DNA of 64,000 nucleotides from Lingula anatina. Lineage: Eukaryota > Animalia > Brachiopoda. The translations under genes and the position numbers were made by a program. Below, piece after piece: positions 1 to 34,298 of this stretch (positions are counted from its first letter, which is position 1; each line of letters begins with the position of its first letter). The stretch is from the NCBI GenBank assembly GCA_051362555.1, contig CM120643.1:23006848-23070847 (forward strand), given 5' to 3'. The notes beneath the pieces are model-generated. The model saw only the letters and a program-made list of their open reading frames with translations, was not told the DNA's origin and made no database searches.

Positions 1-469
1 ATTTTGCCTGGTGCGCGATGTGATAGCAATGATCATAAGCGGGGTTGGAAAGTAGTGCATCTCATCTTGATTCATGCGCTGCTGCAATTTTCTCTGTTTA
101 TGCTAAAATCTGACAGTACCGCAATTTTTAACATAAAATTTAGGTTCGGACATAGCCAATGATGTTTTGTAAATAAGGACTTGCAAACTTATATATTAAT
201 TTAGAAAAGTAGACCTAATTTTGATAGCGGAAGCATATTCTGTCGGGGGTTAAATATTTTCATTACTACCGGGATGGACGAGATTGAGGGCAGGGATAAT
301 CCTAGAGAGGGGTGAGAAACGTCCATTGTTCTCGTCAGCGAGGCTGTCCTTTTTCAGGGTTTGTACGCACGGACAGAAAACTTAAGTATTGTGGGAACGT
401 TACTAATGAAGCCACTGGTAGTAGGCCCTACTAGTAGATATCAGTATATAGTATATAGTATATAGTCTT

Positions 470-860
470 GAACAAGCGCCTCGATGACGAGTGAACAGTT
501 GTCAAAAACAAAAGACCCAGGTGTGGTAGTTCAACTACTGTTCATGCGTGCCGCAACGACCAAACCTAATTGCTCCTCAAGGTCACAAAACAATAACCGG
601 TACTGACGGCTAGGCTCGTCTTAATCATATAAGTAGCGCGTTTCCACCCCCTGATTGAGGGAGTCGTCTGTTGTATTCATACGACTCGAACTTGACGAAA
701 ACGAGGCGCGATACCCGGATGACAGGTAGGCTTACAGAATTTGTGATAGGGTATGATACTCTTTTATGCGATCTGACACACACCTTGAAAACGGGTAGTG
801 TGGTCAGATATACTGGTTTATTCTGGACCCGTAGGTGCCGAGTCTGGTAGTTGGGAAGGC
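470..860. promoter_or_regulatory. CpG-enriched putative promoter or first-exon region
   Basis: Local CpG excess in otherwise CpG-poor DNA and a good + strand donor ACAG|GTAGGC at about 725. The associated gene is not identified. Confidence 0.3.
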
Positions 861-1039
861 CTGATATTGCTATCCAGTGGTAAAAATGGCTCCTATCCTC
901 AGGATAACTGTCCAGAAGATAACAATTTTATTCAATGAATAGTGTTACTCAAAGGATAGTATAGGATCAGCTAGTTAAAGGGACACCTTGTCAGTCAGGA
1001 CAGATGCAAAAAGGAAAGCTGGGAAGCGTGTGTAGGTTA

Positions 1040-1150
1040 TGTGTGTGTGTGTGTGTATGTGTGTATGTGTGTGTGTGGGGGGGGGGGGTGTGCAGCCAAA
1101 GAGTTTTTTCTTTCTTTTCTATTTTTTTTTTTTGGGGGGGGGGGGGGGGG
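1040..1150. repeat. (GT)n microsatellite with poly-G and poly-T runs
   Basis: Directly visible. Confidence 0.9.
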
Positions 1151-1392
1151 GTCAGCTTAAAAACTACTTTATCACATATCCTAAGATGAAAGCTATAAGC
1201 TCACAGACACAAAGAATACTTAAAAAGTCATGTTAAAGCAAAATTAAAACAAAATTAATTGACTTGTCTGTGATAACAGTTGCCAATATCTGGGAACTGA
1301 AACCCAGGACATATCTGAACAAATACATAAATCAATTCTAGAGCCACAATCAGAAAGCCTCAAACAAATGAGTGGGGGTAGATAATACCTTG

Positions 1393-1525
1393 ACATTTAA
1401 GATCAAATCACCAGGAAGAATTTTTTAAAAAAATAAATAAATCTCCACGGGAAGGTGACAGCATTTAAGATCAAATCACCAGGAAGAATTTTTAAAAATA
1501 ATAAATGTCTCCACAGGAAGGTGAG
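1393..1525. repeat. Two-copy tandem repeat of about 68 bp
   Basis: CATTTAAGATCAAATCACCAGGAAGAATTTTT...TCTCCACRGGAAGGTGA occurs twice. Confidence 0.9.
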
Positions 1526-2703
1526 GGCTTTTTTTACTTGATTAGGAAAAAAAAATACTCTAAAGAGAATGTCCAATTAGTACCTCCTAATGTGCATTTT
1601 TAATTAAAGCTATTTGAGTCAATTCAAGCTCCCACTATGTTCAACTTAGTACTTACAGATATCTGGAACAGTAAAATCTTCATTCAATGGGGAAAACAAG
1701 TTCCTTCTCAGACTGCATTTAACTGAAAAGACGGTTACACCAGGACCTAAGTGGTTTTACTGTTTCTTCTTCTCAATAACAGTCCTGCCTTTTTTCTCCC
1801 TTGTAATATTTGGCAAACATTCAAGAGGCCTGGCTTAACTGGAAGTCTCTTAAAACCTGCACAGTATTAATTTTTATCTAGATCTGTGTCCTGGGTAGCT
1901 TTTGTCTTTTTTCATTTTAACTGCATGCAATGGCATACACATAATGCAAAATTTATATCTAATTTTGAAAGTATGTTTGGTTATTACTTGTGTATTTTTA
2001 GTAATCTGATGCAGCTTTGTGCAGACTTAAGGTATGGATTTATGGGATTTGCAAGCCAAATTGAATTTTGCTCAAAAAAAAAAAAAAAAAGTTTCCTCCT
2101 ACTCACAAACCAAATTAATCGAACAGCAAATGATTAAGTTCGAAATGACTTTTCATTTCAGAAGGAACTATCAACATCAGGTATATTTATCTGGCAGGCT
2201 TTGTAGTTTTCCAGGTCTGAATTGGGAAAGATTAGAAGCTCTGCTAGATATATAGGTACTAGTAAAGAAAATATGACTTTGAGAAATTCTCAAACACATA
2301 AAGTATATGTTTAAATTCAAGAAGTAAAACCAATACAGATTGCCTGAAAAATTCCCTAGCTGAAGGATCCAAACTTGAAAGTGACCACAGCATGACCATT
2401 GTCCAATTTGATGCACGATCCTGATCCGCTCAATTTTAATTGATGCGTGATCCTGATCCATATCTGTCCCGGGGTGAAGCGTATCCAATGAAATGAAATA
2501 AATCACATGAAACTGAAAGCAATTTCTAAAAGGATATCGATTATACTCTTGTTCCCCTTGGGGATAGCTGGGTAATTCTAGAAGGATATGTCACCTAGGG
2601 GAATACAATATTTGACTTTATGCCAGAAATGTGACATGCTATGAATCTATAACAAACCTCTGCTGGCATAAATTACATGTTTGTTGGCTTGTCCCCTGAG
2701 AGA

Positions 2704-3372
2704 CACCCTGAGCTTCAGAGATAACTTGACACTAACCTCTTCACAATACCCTATCTTCATCGTGTCAAGTTACCTCTGACCACATTCGATTGCCCCCGCC
2801 GCCCGCCAATCAAATTTAAAGCCCGCACTCAATGACTCGTTGAACGATCTAGCCAATGAATGCGAACGAGTCAAAGCGCGCTTTGTTCAAATCCGAACCA
2901 ATCAGAGATAAGGCTCAGTATCAGGGACTTGCCGTAACCTGTGGGCAGCACGCAAAATACATCATCCCTCAGTAGATAATGATGCAGGGCCTCAAACTGC
3001 TCTGGTGTCAATTCCGATATACTCATATTTTGCAAAGAATCAAGAGATAACTTAACACATTATTTTATGTAGTCACTCGTAGAAGACGCCATGCTTTCTT
3101 TGTGTACGGTTATGCACTCGGCACTACTCGGATGTCTCCGCACTCGACAATAACTTTGTTGTTAGTATGGAGCTTACGGAATCAGCCGAGGATTACCGAT
3201 TGACGGTCAACCAATCAGCGTTTTCACCAAACTTTGGTGAAAATTTTTGAAACTTGGATTCGATTGGCTTATATAAACTAGGTCAAACTATTTTCGTCAG
3301 AGGTAACTTGACACGATGAATATAGGCTATTGTGAAGAGGTTAGTGTCAAGTTATCTCTGAAGCTCAGGGTG
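2704..3372. mobile_element. Non-autonomous DNA transposon (MITE) with about 76-bp TIRs and a 9-bp TSD (Mutator-like by TSD length)
   Basis: The left end CACCCTGAGCTTCAGAGATAACTTGACACTAACCTCTTCACAATA... is the near-perfect reverse complement of 3297-3372. The direct repeat CCTGAGAGA flanks it at 2695-2703 and 3373-3381. Confidence 0.88.
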
Positions 3373-6300
3373 CCTGAGAGATAGACTAATGGCAGAATGG
3401 AAGTTTGTAGTTCTAAACATGGCAAATTGATGTGTTTACATGCATATAACTGATAATAAAAAGATGGGGACATAATTTCTCACTATAGTAAAAGCAATCA
3501 ATCTATTTTTAACTGTCATTTTGACATTTTGTATAAACATTGTGGTGAAGAAAACCCACTTACCAAACAACCAACCACATATATTCAGTTCACAAATTAC
3601 AGCAAAAGCTTTCATATATTCTTACCCCTGAATTCTCTCTTTTTCAGAAACTGTTACCTAACTTTTATGCATTTGAAATATTTTTTTTGTTTACCACACA
3701 AATATCATAAATATTTCCAGAGAAAATTCAAGCACTTAACAGATGCTGAAATTCCACTGTTCAAAAGCTTTAAGTGGACTTGTATGTTGTTTGTGAACAC
3801 AGGCTCCTCCCTCTCACTAAACAATGGCACTCTTAATGAGCCAATATACAGACAGATAAAGCTGACAGGAATTATATCCATTTCCTAAAACTTGCTAATC
3901 AGATCCAATCAAGCAGGATTACAATATTATCCTCAAATATGGTCCACATACTGTATTTCATGATCAATCATTCTCACTCATCATCTAGCCACATTATATT
4001 CCTTCAATTATTCTCAAATAAGCACCAACATTTCTGTTGTTTCAAACTCCAGTTCAACATGCATTAATAAATTCTTCACATTTCTGTGCTAAAATCAAAA
4101 GAAAAACAAACTGTAATTGTGCATGCCATGTGATCGATTACTAGGGCCTGCTATATATGGGAAAGTTTGCAGAAGTTAAAAATATTAGCTGAAATTGGTA
4201 TTAATGGAGCTCAGGTGGTTTTTCTGTGTTACTTGTGAGTTTTTTTTTTTTTTTTGTTAATCAATTATAGCACAAATTAAATCACACATAAGGTAGTATT
4301 ATAATAACCATTTAAAATAATGTTTTAGCATGTATTGCATACGTATACAAACTCACTCAGTTTGCTCTGTTACCATTCAATAAAAAGTTTTTTAAAGTTA
4401 ACTTTATACAAAAGAATACCAAAGAGCAGAATTCTTGAAGTCAACCCCCCCTCCACCACCCCCACAAACATACAGTATCTTGCTCCAGAGCTATCTGATG
4501 ACTTTAACAAACATCTGACATATCTATTTCAAACAAATGATTTATAATGACCTTCATCTTCCCACCCACTTTCCAGTACAGTGAAAAACTTGTCAGCCCT
4601 ATAGAACTTCTTTTAATGACTAGATGGTAAAAACATCATCATGCCGCAGACACTTAAATGTGTAATTCCTTCATTGTGTAAATTCACATTAGCGAAATGA
4701 GGTCCCAGGCAGTGTTTTTTTTTCACTCAAAGCTGATGTCTACTTGATCAATTACCAGAGGATTAAATCAGTTTTAAGCTCTGATTTATATGTTAAAGAA
4801 GGTACTAGTATTCATTTTTTCAATCCATAAAGAATTAGGAGTATGGGGCACAACTTATATCCTGACTGGTGAGATTTACTTTGAAAATACTGTTTAACTG
4901 CCAATGACGAAGATAGCACTGCCAGTGAGTGATTCCAGTTACCAGGACAAACAATAAAGAAATCTCCAAAATTGCTTTTCTGAGAATCGCTGATGAATAC
5001 TGACACTTTCACCTAGGTCACTTGAGGGCTGTGAATTTCCTAGAAGTCAGTGACCTGACGATGAAATATTAAGGTCTTCAGGGGAAACACAATGGCTTCA
5101 TCACTCTGACCTTAAACAAACTCATCAACTGCATTTCCACCCAGTGTTGCTAATGGCTGAATGAGAATTCATCAAATCACACCCATTTTTTTCAGATTCG
5201 ATTAAAAGGCAGGACTTTTTCATTTGCCAATAATAAAACATCCTTAGTAACAGCTATCAGCATTGTTATCAAATTCTTTATTTCTTTATACATTCCTCAA
5301 TATATCATAATGGACACTAAAGGTAAATTAATTCCTACTGGTGATATTCAGGTGACCATGAAGATAAAGTTAAGATTTCCCTTAATTTATCATCTCTTCA
5401 TGGTAATAGCCACACAATCTTTTTCATATTGATCAGTACCAAGATTATCTGCAAATTACTTCACACTAACTGGTACATACGGAGATGTGAGTGTGTTAGT
5501 AATGAATGAAATAAAATCTCTAACACCTACGTTCAGCGTGTAGAGGATAAATTTGCATAAGAAGATTTACTAGTCTGCTTTGTTGGGTGGGCGGGATGGG
5601 GGTGGGGGTGGGAGGATAGAAACATTGAAATGTATTTTCCCATTTATTACTAGTAATTTGTAACCCTATACTAGCAGTAAAACCACATGCTTTTTCCAGG
5701 ATCTTATATCATACCCCTCATACACACACACACAAAGGCATGTACATAGACATGGGCATGTACACACACATACACACACACACACCTGAACCAGTAATAT
5801 CAGCACACCATATATCTCTGATTCTACATCCTCTCTAGGATGTTTCCCTGCCTGCCTGACAGTGTAACCATAGACTTCCAGTGCCAGATACACCAGAGGT
5901 ATTGTGAATACAGTATTGGACTATTCATAATTTACTAGTAGCCATATAAGGACTCAATAAACAGCAGTAGCTTATTAACAACTTATTTCTCAAACTAAGA
6001 GATCAGGACCATATTTTTAATCACTTTTCATTAATATCAGGAAGAGCATCCTCATTGGGGTTCTGATGACTCTGCTAGAGGATATCCTTCAATTTCAAAG
6101 AGCAATTCTTGTTATGTTATAAAGTGAGCACTAAATTTCTGCCAAATAAACTAAATGGAATAATTGATTCCTTTAAAAGTGAGCCTGGAAAATGCTTGAA
6201 TTTCAATGCCTATATAAGATTTTCTAGCTTAATGACAATTTGAAAAATTTGTGACTTATGGATCCTGGTGTTTACAGTAAGGTTTTAGTTTAAAATGTGT

Positions 6301-6699
6301 CTTAATATGTCATATTTTCACCAGTGGGGGATAACAATGCAGGGAAGTAAGGCCCAGGAAGTAACAGTGTGGAGAGTTATGATGCAGGGAGCAAGGGACC
6401 TAAAGGGGTGTGATCTTATACAATACATCAATATTTTAGTTACATCATGTTTTTCAAATATCTATCAGGAATGGAATGTCAGTTTATTTGCACTTAGATA
6501 AATTTATGACTTAACAAATTACTGTCCTTGATTACATTTTGTAAGTGGTGTCCCTGCAAACTTTTCAATACCTAAAATTTCATTACTAGTAGTAGTAACT
6601 ATGCAGTTAAAAATAAATTTGTAAAAATTAGGAAAAAAGTACAACGATTAACAAAAGTCAACACTTTACTAAAGATGGGCTATTGGAACAATTTAACTG

Positions 6700-7060
6700 A
6701 CATCTGCGACCATGCAATGTAGAACTTTGTGTTTAAGTTCTTTCCCTTTGTTTACGTCCAGCGTGTCTGGACACGGCAGATGTCCAGATAAAAACACTGA
6801 CCTGTTCACAGAGCGAGAATTTCCCGATCTCTCAACACCAGAGCGACAGTTATAAAAGGGTAACTAGGTCTTCTTTCAAATTAAGAGTATTACATCTAAT
6901 ATGATTTATGCATACTTGCCTGATAACGTCTCTTCAAAACTTTAACATGTTCAGCGGACTTTTCTAACTTTTCCCAGTCAAGCACCTGCCTGCAGCCAAA
7001 CGTACTATTTACGAAGTTATACCTTCCATTAAAATTAATTTCGTAAATTTTATACCGACT
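6700..7060 (+). promoter_or_regulatory. Putative CPSF1 promoter or non-coding first exon
   Basis: CpG-containing stretch about 0.8 kb upstream of the ATG exon. That exon starts after an acceptor (TTTTTCAG at 7622-7629), so an upstream UTR exon is required. Candidate donor AGG|GTAACT at about 6859. Confidence 0.35.
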
Positions 7061-7676
7061 TTTTAGGCTACTGTGATAAGTTTTATTTTTATATTTTACT
7101 TTCCATGTAATATTTTGTTATAAAATGGCCATATACTTTAGTAAAATGTTTTATTTACTTTTAAATTGGAATTCGAAACTTATGTTATAATGAATAAGTA
7201 GCTTTGCGTTTACAGCATGGTAGTAGCCGGTGTGGGATAAATTTGTGAGTGTTCCTTTGTATTTAAATAATAAACAAACTGCTTTTTATATACAGGTCAA
7301 TTTTTCAAATGCAACAGACAGTTTTTTAAGTAGAAGTTTTCAAAGCTGATCCGATTCTTCGTTGTGGATACTTAAACTGGGGTTAATAGTTGGCGCCTGT
7401 TCGTTTTGTCTCCCAGAATGAAACCTTTTGCTAGTGAAGTATGTTATTGTTATTGTTTTCATCATTCAGGTTATTATATCTGAATGTGAAAAATTGGCTC
7501 AGATTTAAATGGATCAATTTGATAACCATGCAATGAATTATTGATTTGAAGTAGTTTGGTGCCACATGAAGTTCCTGTCCTTGCCATTTCTAATGTTTCA
7601 TTTTGAAATTCACATTTTCTCTTTTTCAGTTTAACTGAAGTCCCCAGCTACAGTTCAGGGGTGAACCGGCAGCACC

Positions 7677-28039
<20,363 letters not shown>

Positions 28040-28073
28040 GAGACTGAAGAGAGACCTTAACTTAAGTGTTGGA

Positions 28074-28079
28074 AATAAA
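28074..28079 (+). promoter_or_regulatory. Candidate polyadenylation signal of CPSF1
   Basis: AATAAA 35 nt after the CPSF1 stop, with another at 28844-28849. The background is AT-rich, so actual use is unproven. Confidence 0.4.
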
Positions 28080-30173
28080 AGGCTTCCTAGTTTCAGTGGA
28101 GGACAACAGAATAGGAGGACACAAGGTTATGCAGCAGAACACTACAGCTATTCATCTAGTAATGTGTTGGTGATGTGCATTTATGTGAAAACAAAAACAC
28201 ATTGAGAATGTCAGTGCAAGCAGAACTGGGAGCTTTATACTGCAAATGTTCAAATTTGACTGGATGAAGAGTAAATCTCTTTTAGATCATTATGATCTAT
28301 GTGGACTGTTTTTTTGCATGTGGTTGACTTTCACAGTCGAGATCCTGTACTCTGACTAGTTGGGTTTGCTGGTATGATACGTCCGTCAACAAACCTAAAA
28401 TATGTTGAACTGCATAGGAAGGAAAAACTCAAAATTGTTGTACCAATAGTGCAGTATGGCAAATTTAAAACAAAATGTGGGCATAAACATGTTATTTTGT
28501 ACATTAGTCTGAGAATGTTATTTTCTACAGCACAAGAAAGGAAAAAACATTCATTTAAAGACATTTTTATTCTCTTAGAGAAGTGTGCTTTAGCATACAA
28601 CAGATGATTACTAGTACAAAAATAATAACTAGTGAAACATTAAATGCTTATTCTTTACTTTTTTGCATTTTAAACTAGAACCGCGAATTGCTAAAACCTG
28701 CAGTACCTAAGTAGGTATATTCTACTATGTGAGAGCCAATCAGATTAAAATCTCTACATAACACCTAATAATAATAATAATAATCTCCCCCCCCCTCACC
28801 CACCCATCAAGCAAGCAAAACACGGACCTTTACCCTTGCTCATAATAAAGCTGAATATCACTAAAAGGGTGACTTCAACTGATGGAAAAAGATCTGGGTA
28901 CTGAAAACTAAATTAAATATGATAACAGTTCCACTTAAGGATAAAGCTAAGCCAGAGTTACTTCAAGCAATCTTACCTAAATGAGGGAACTACTTTTGTA
29001 CTACCTGTGTATAACAAACATGACTTAATGCAATACAGTCTTTGGTAACAAGAAATTTGTGACTTTTTTTTCAGTTTAAATAAGCATGATTCTAATTTTT
29101 TTATGATGGACTAGAAAATGGAAGCAATTTAATATAATATGTATTTTTAATACATGGAAGCAATTTATCCTCTGACACAGATTGTACAACTCACAATAAA
29201 AGGATTTTAAAGTAAATTACAGTAAGATTTAAAATAATGAGTATTTCAAGTAAAGTTGCAATAACAGTTAAAAGATGGTAAAAATACTTGGAAAATCCTG
29301 AAGAGCACATTAAAAGGTCTTTGAGTATGTTAAAAGAAAATACACGAGGAAAAAATGATAATCTTAACACCTTAACATAAAACACACAAATATGTTAAAT
29401 GTGAAATATGTAAAATACTTTAAAATTACCAATATGATTGAAGGGGAAAAGACAATTGATACACTTGACCCATATGTAGTTTGAAAAAAAAATTGGAAAG
29501 ATATATCATTATAAATGACAAACTTTTTTAGTGCATATCTGTTAGGTTTTTTTTTTTTTTTTTTTGTTAAGGAATGTGCAATGAAAGGTGCATGTAGGCA
29601 GTTTGATATAATGAAGGTAGCAGAAGTGTTGAGGTAATGACCCTCCTGCTAGGTAAATAATACTAAGAGTATGTTTCTCCAACACAGTGTGTATGTATAT
29701 ATGTATACAAATAAAAATATAGTCAATGTGAATCATGTGATGACAGAAAATAAAAACACATCAATACTGAAAAAGGTAAAATAAATACAAACTGTGATAG
29801 TTTTTAAAGTACACACTATCTCAGACACCCCCTCATTCTTATTTGTGCAAAGTTACATTTCTTCATGCAAAAAAAAAAAAAAAAAAAAAGGATACATCAT
29901 TCCTATCACCACAAATTATCACGCTTTCATCATCTGATTTTGGCATAATATTGAACGTTCTTGACTAGATACATATAGAATTTTTTCAATATAACAAACA
30001 AACAGTCCGTATCCTCAGATTACACATAAAAATTAATAAAAATAATGATAATAAAAAGAGAAAAACAATATCCATAACAAACACATAGATTCATATTTTT
30101 AAAACCTCCACTGAATGAAAAAAAAAGCAAAACATACTTGGAAATAAATCGTGTTCAAAACTGAGACATGGAT

Positions 30174-32412
30174 TTAAATAAAGATGTCATCGCTGACAGT
30201 GCTATCTACAGTTGGGTCTCTCTGTGCTGCATGTCCCACATGATCGCTGTCTGCATGTCTCCATCCTTTCCATTGGTTGTAAGTCCGTACACATGTGCCT
30301 CCATACAGAAACATGCAGAAATATCCCAGAACCTGAAGCAAATTTAAAATTTATAACAAACTTATTTCGTGTACATGTATTGAAACACTGACAGGTCTTT
30401 GCACGTAATACACAATTTGAGGGGGGGGGGGGGGGGGGGGAGTTTGCTCCTTTTCACAAGTTTGCTTCCAATTGTTTGGATCAATCAAAAATAATCTGTT
30501 AAACTGACTGTGTCCAGTGTGGGGACTCTATTTTGGTACATCTCAGCAGGTAATAAACATGCTATTTAATAACATTGTCAATTCTCTAAGCATTTTGTTT
30601 ACAGATAACATGTAACACATAAAGTGAAAAGGTCCTAAGGTGCTAAATATTACAATTTTCTTATCAACCTTATACACAAGGCAGCACAGAAGTCAAATTT
30701 ACACTCACATAAAGCAGATGAAAAGATTTTATCCAAAATGTATGGCATACAAAAGTCCCCTTTATAATATCTATAAAATGCATTCTATGCCATCATGCTT
30801 GTATTTCAAACAAGCAAATTAGCATTGTGCCTATCATTGTCTATTTTGAAAAAAATCTTACCACTGATACCACCATAGGGCTTGTCATCTTCACTGGCAT
30901 AGGTGGCTCCATCTTTTTGTACATATCCACATTATTTGCAACCAAAGATGATCCAATAAGATACAGACAAGTATATACACCGTATATTGTTATTTCCTAA
31001 AAGAAAATATATTGCTATTTATTTTTTAAAAGAATATTTTACACAATGATTTGAACAAAAATCTGATCAAAAATTTTTCCAAAGATCAGCTTAAGTTTAC
31101 ACTTTGCAGTATTGCCTGTGATACTCTTACGTTGGTTATAATGATTACATGAAATGGATTTGATCCACAGACATTAAAGAGATAACAACTCTTTGTATGA
31201 GATCCATGCTTCACAATATACTATATACATTACAAACAATTCATAGAAATATAATAAATTCTATTTTACCACAAAAGGGACAGTTACACTGTATCACAAT
31301 TATTTTGGAATCTGCACTTGCCATAAGACCACATATTACCTCCATACATGGCTATCATCTGTAATAATCTCTTAAGCAATTATTATCATCTCTAAGAGAT
31401 CATCTCTCAAGAGATTATTACAAAATAACCAAACTTTTTTAGAAAAAAAAATAGGACTAACTTTGAACGTTGGAACAGATTCATTTACCCCAGGAAAATC
31501 CATTTCTGGCCTAAGTGAACAGTTGTTATCCCTTTAACTCACACACACAGTTTACCACTTACAATGAGCTGTATGTCCCACCCTACCACCCTGTGTATGA
31601 CTGAGGTGACGTTGGCCAGGATCCACGCCAGACTGGTGACACAGGAGAACAGAAACAGGAACACAAACACACGCATGTGCCATGCCAGGGGAAGCTCAGA
31701 GAAAAAGTTGCCGTATATGTCACTGCTCACTAGACAGATCAGGGCTATCAGGCTGGCAATCTGAAACAACCAAGAGGATGACAATGAATTCTGTTATATA
31801 TTTTCTAATCTAATTTCAATTTGGTCATATCTGTTTATGTATATTGGTGGTGGTGGTGGTGGTGGTGGTGGGGGGGGGGTTGATCTGTAAAATCAAACAA
31901 CATTACCATTAATACCAAGGTTAGTCTAACTAGAAGAACATTCCATCTTAAAGAAAATTACTAATTAGCTCACATCAATGTTACCGTGAAAATCATCTAA
32001 AACTAGACACAGCTTTTATACATCAGTGCAGAAAAAACTTTTGAGAAGGAAGATGTTTCAAATATAATTTTTTAAATGATATTATACTTTAAGAAACAAT
32101 GAATTAAGGCATCTTCCTACATCCTTCCACATTTACCAGTACTTCAGTGTAAATATCTTGTGCTGGTTAGCAATCCAAGTACAGTTTACAGATGCATCAT
32201 TCGTATATAATTATTACCGTCTGTGCCAGCTTCAACAAGCCATTCAATGACGTTAAATACGCTGCTGTCAGTCTCACCACTGGACCGTCTTTCGGGGTGC
32301 GCGATCTTGTCACTACAGTCACCCCACATCCGCTATCTGGACCGACCACAGCCTGGTCTGTCGTCTGTGCCTGTGGAAGAAGCGTCTGTGCATCGTCTGC
32401 AGTCGTCATCAT
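30174..32412 (-). CDS. MARVEL-domain four-transmembrane protein (CMTM/plasmolipin-like), 4 exons, about 228 aa
   Basis: Exons on -: 32412-32218, 31760-31563, 30996-30862, 30332-30174, all with phase-0 GT-AG introns. YLTSLNGLLKLAQTIASLIALICL fits the MARVEL TM1 pattern. Three more hydrophobic helices follow (VFVFLFLFSCVTSLAWIL; IYGVYTCLYLIGSSLVA; VVSVVLGYFCMFLYG). Ends DDIFI*. Confidence 0.88.
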
Positions 32413-32414
32413 TT

Positions 32415-32520
32415 TGCCAGACTAACGTCCATATTTGTGTTACTTCATTCCCTCAACATTGCACGCAAATTATTTTTCCGTGTCAACCGGAAGTTGATAT
32501 GACCTTGTTGTGCGCCGCTT
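32415..32520 (-). promoter_or_regulatory. Putative promoter/5' region of the MARVEL gene
   Basis: CpG-containing stretch directly upstream of the ATG, with an ETS-type CCGGAAGT at about 32487-32494. Confidence 0.35.
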
Positions 32521-34298
32521 AGAATAAATAAATATTTCAGCATTTACTAAAACGATTCTACCCCATCATTTTGTAAATTTGACGTAGTGACAAATTTCTT
32601 TTCCTTTTCAGTGTTTTTTGTGCTTAATGATTAGTGTGCTCTTTTTCATTGGGGAGCAAGTGCAAATTCATGTTAAGCGGCTAAATGATTTAACATAATT
32701 ACGTAATCACTCACAATTTTTTAAAAGTTGTACAAAAATTTGGATGGTCTTACACAGCAAGAGTTTGTTTGAAAAATGCGTTGAAATTGCAAAACGCTAA
32801 GGGTCGAAATAATTACTGTTTTCTTTGGTTAGAAAATGCGTTGCGGTTGCAACAAATTGCATTATTGCGGTTACAAAATTGTCTTTTTCTATAGGCTAAT
32901 GCCTTAATTTAGTTTGCCTAGATGTACCACTACGTACTCCCAAACCCAATATAGAGGTGCATTTCACATGCTGTAGTGTCCAAGAATAAAATTGAATGAA
33001 TTCAAAGTTGTATATTCTGTTATAACTCCTTGGTTCCACTATATTTTGCAGTCTTAAATTAACCGTGATGATGTTTTTTGTAAATATTTAAAGTGTAACT
33101 CTGTGTGTCATTGCTAATAGACCCCCTACTAGCAGCTAGCTAAGGTAACGTAGGGCCTATGTTCTCCAGAAAAGTTGTCAGAAAGTTTCATTTTGTTCAA
33201 GTAGGCCTACTTGGTGCAATAGAAAACGGTTTTTTTCTGTTGCTGACCGAAAAATATATTGTGATTCCATGATAGCCTAGTTTGACATTTCTGATATAAC
33301 ATTTGGATCACGAGAGGAAAATAATTTACCTAATGCTTATTTTATTGTCGGTAGGGTGTATTTTCCCCGTTTTTTATATTCAGTGACAAGCAATGTAAAG
33401 TGGCTCAAAAACAATTAACTGCTCTATACAGAAGATTAATATAATTTTTAACAGCGTTATATTTGCAGGAGATAAATCACAGAAGAAAACCTGTGATGAA
33501 TGAATTTTCAAAGTGAGTAAAATGTTTCACAGCTGAACGTTTCAAATGCATTTTTGACAGTAGCGTGTGTTCCTCTTTTGAGTTAGACGATGAATTATTT
33601 TTTTATTATTCATTGTTCAGGGAGAGTAAAACTTTGATACAAACTTCTTCATGTGGGATCCTAAAATAATCAAACATAATTTGCAATCTGTGCACTAAAT
33701 ATTTTTAGAGCATGCCCGTGCACCTCTATATTGGGTTTGGGTGCTTGGAGACATATATTTTGAAACCGGCTGAAAATATAAATTGCAGTTTTAAATACAC
33801 CCCAGTCTATGTCAGCACATAAACACTGACTACATTTAGGCCTATATAGGCCTAGTAGACCTTTATAAAATAATATAGACCCTATGGAAGATAGGCTACT
33901 AATTTTCATGAATTTTCACGAATTGGAATATTAAACGCTGCAAAAAGAGCACAAAAAGCACATTTCCAATTATTTTATATGGACAGACTACTTGCAGGGC
34001 CTACGAACTATGTAGTGCGTGTCCTTAACTAATGTATCATTCTTTAGATTTGTAAATTGAATTAATGCATGTTCTTTCTCCACATAGTCTACTGTAGGCT
34101 CCCTATATGCTTGCTGGTACAATATAAAGCTGATACATGAAACAACAACTAGGTTAACATGGTGAACAACCCTCATTTAAAAACAATTTCAGAGTAAGGT
34201 TAACGTTTTATGAATACCGGTACAGGCCAATGTTTATTTTCTTTCTTTTTTTTTAGGAAGGCAAAGGCATCATATAACTGTCTCATTGCTCGGGTGCC

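Noticed and set aside
1004-1236. Cys/Val/Gly-rich ORFs
   Set aside because: Translations of (GT)n and homopolymer runs.
5666-5930. Exon-like minus-strand segment (YLALEVYGYTVRQAGKHPRED..LLVQ followed by GT)
   Set aside because: No recognisable homology and no partner exons; the apparent donor is the start of a (GT)n repeat.
33141-33520. Possible non-coding 5' exons of transporter copy 1 (donor at about 33143; exon about 33469-33512)
   Set aside because: Splice signals are plausible but cannot be distinguished from chance without transcript data.
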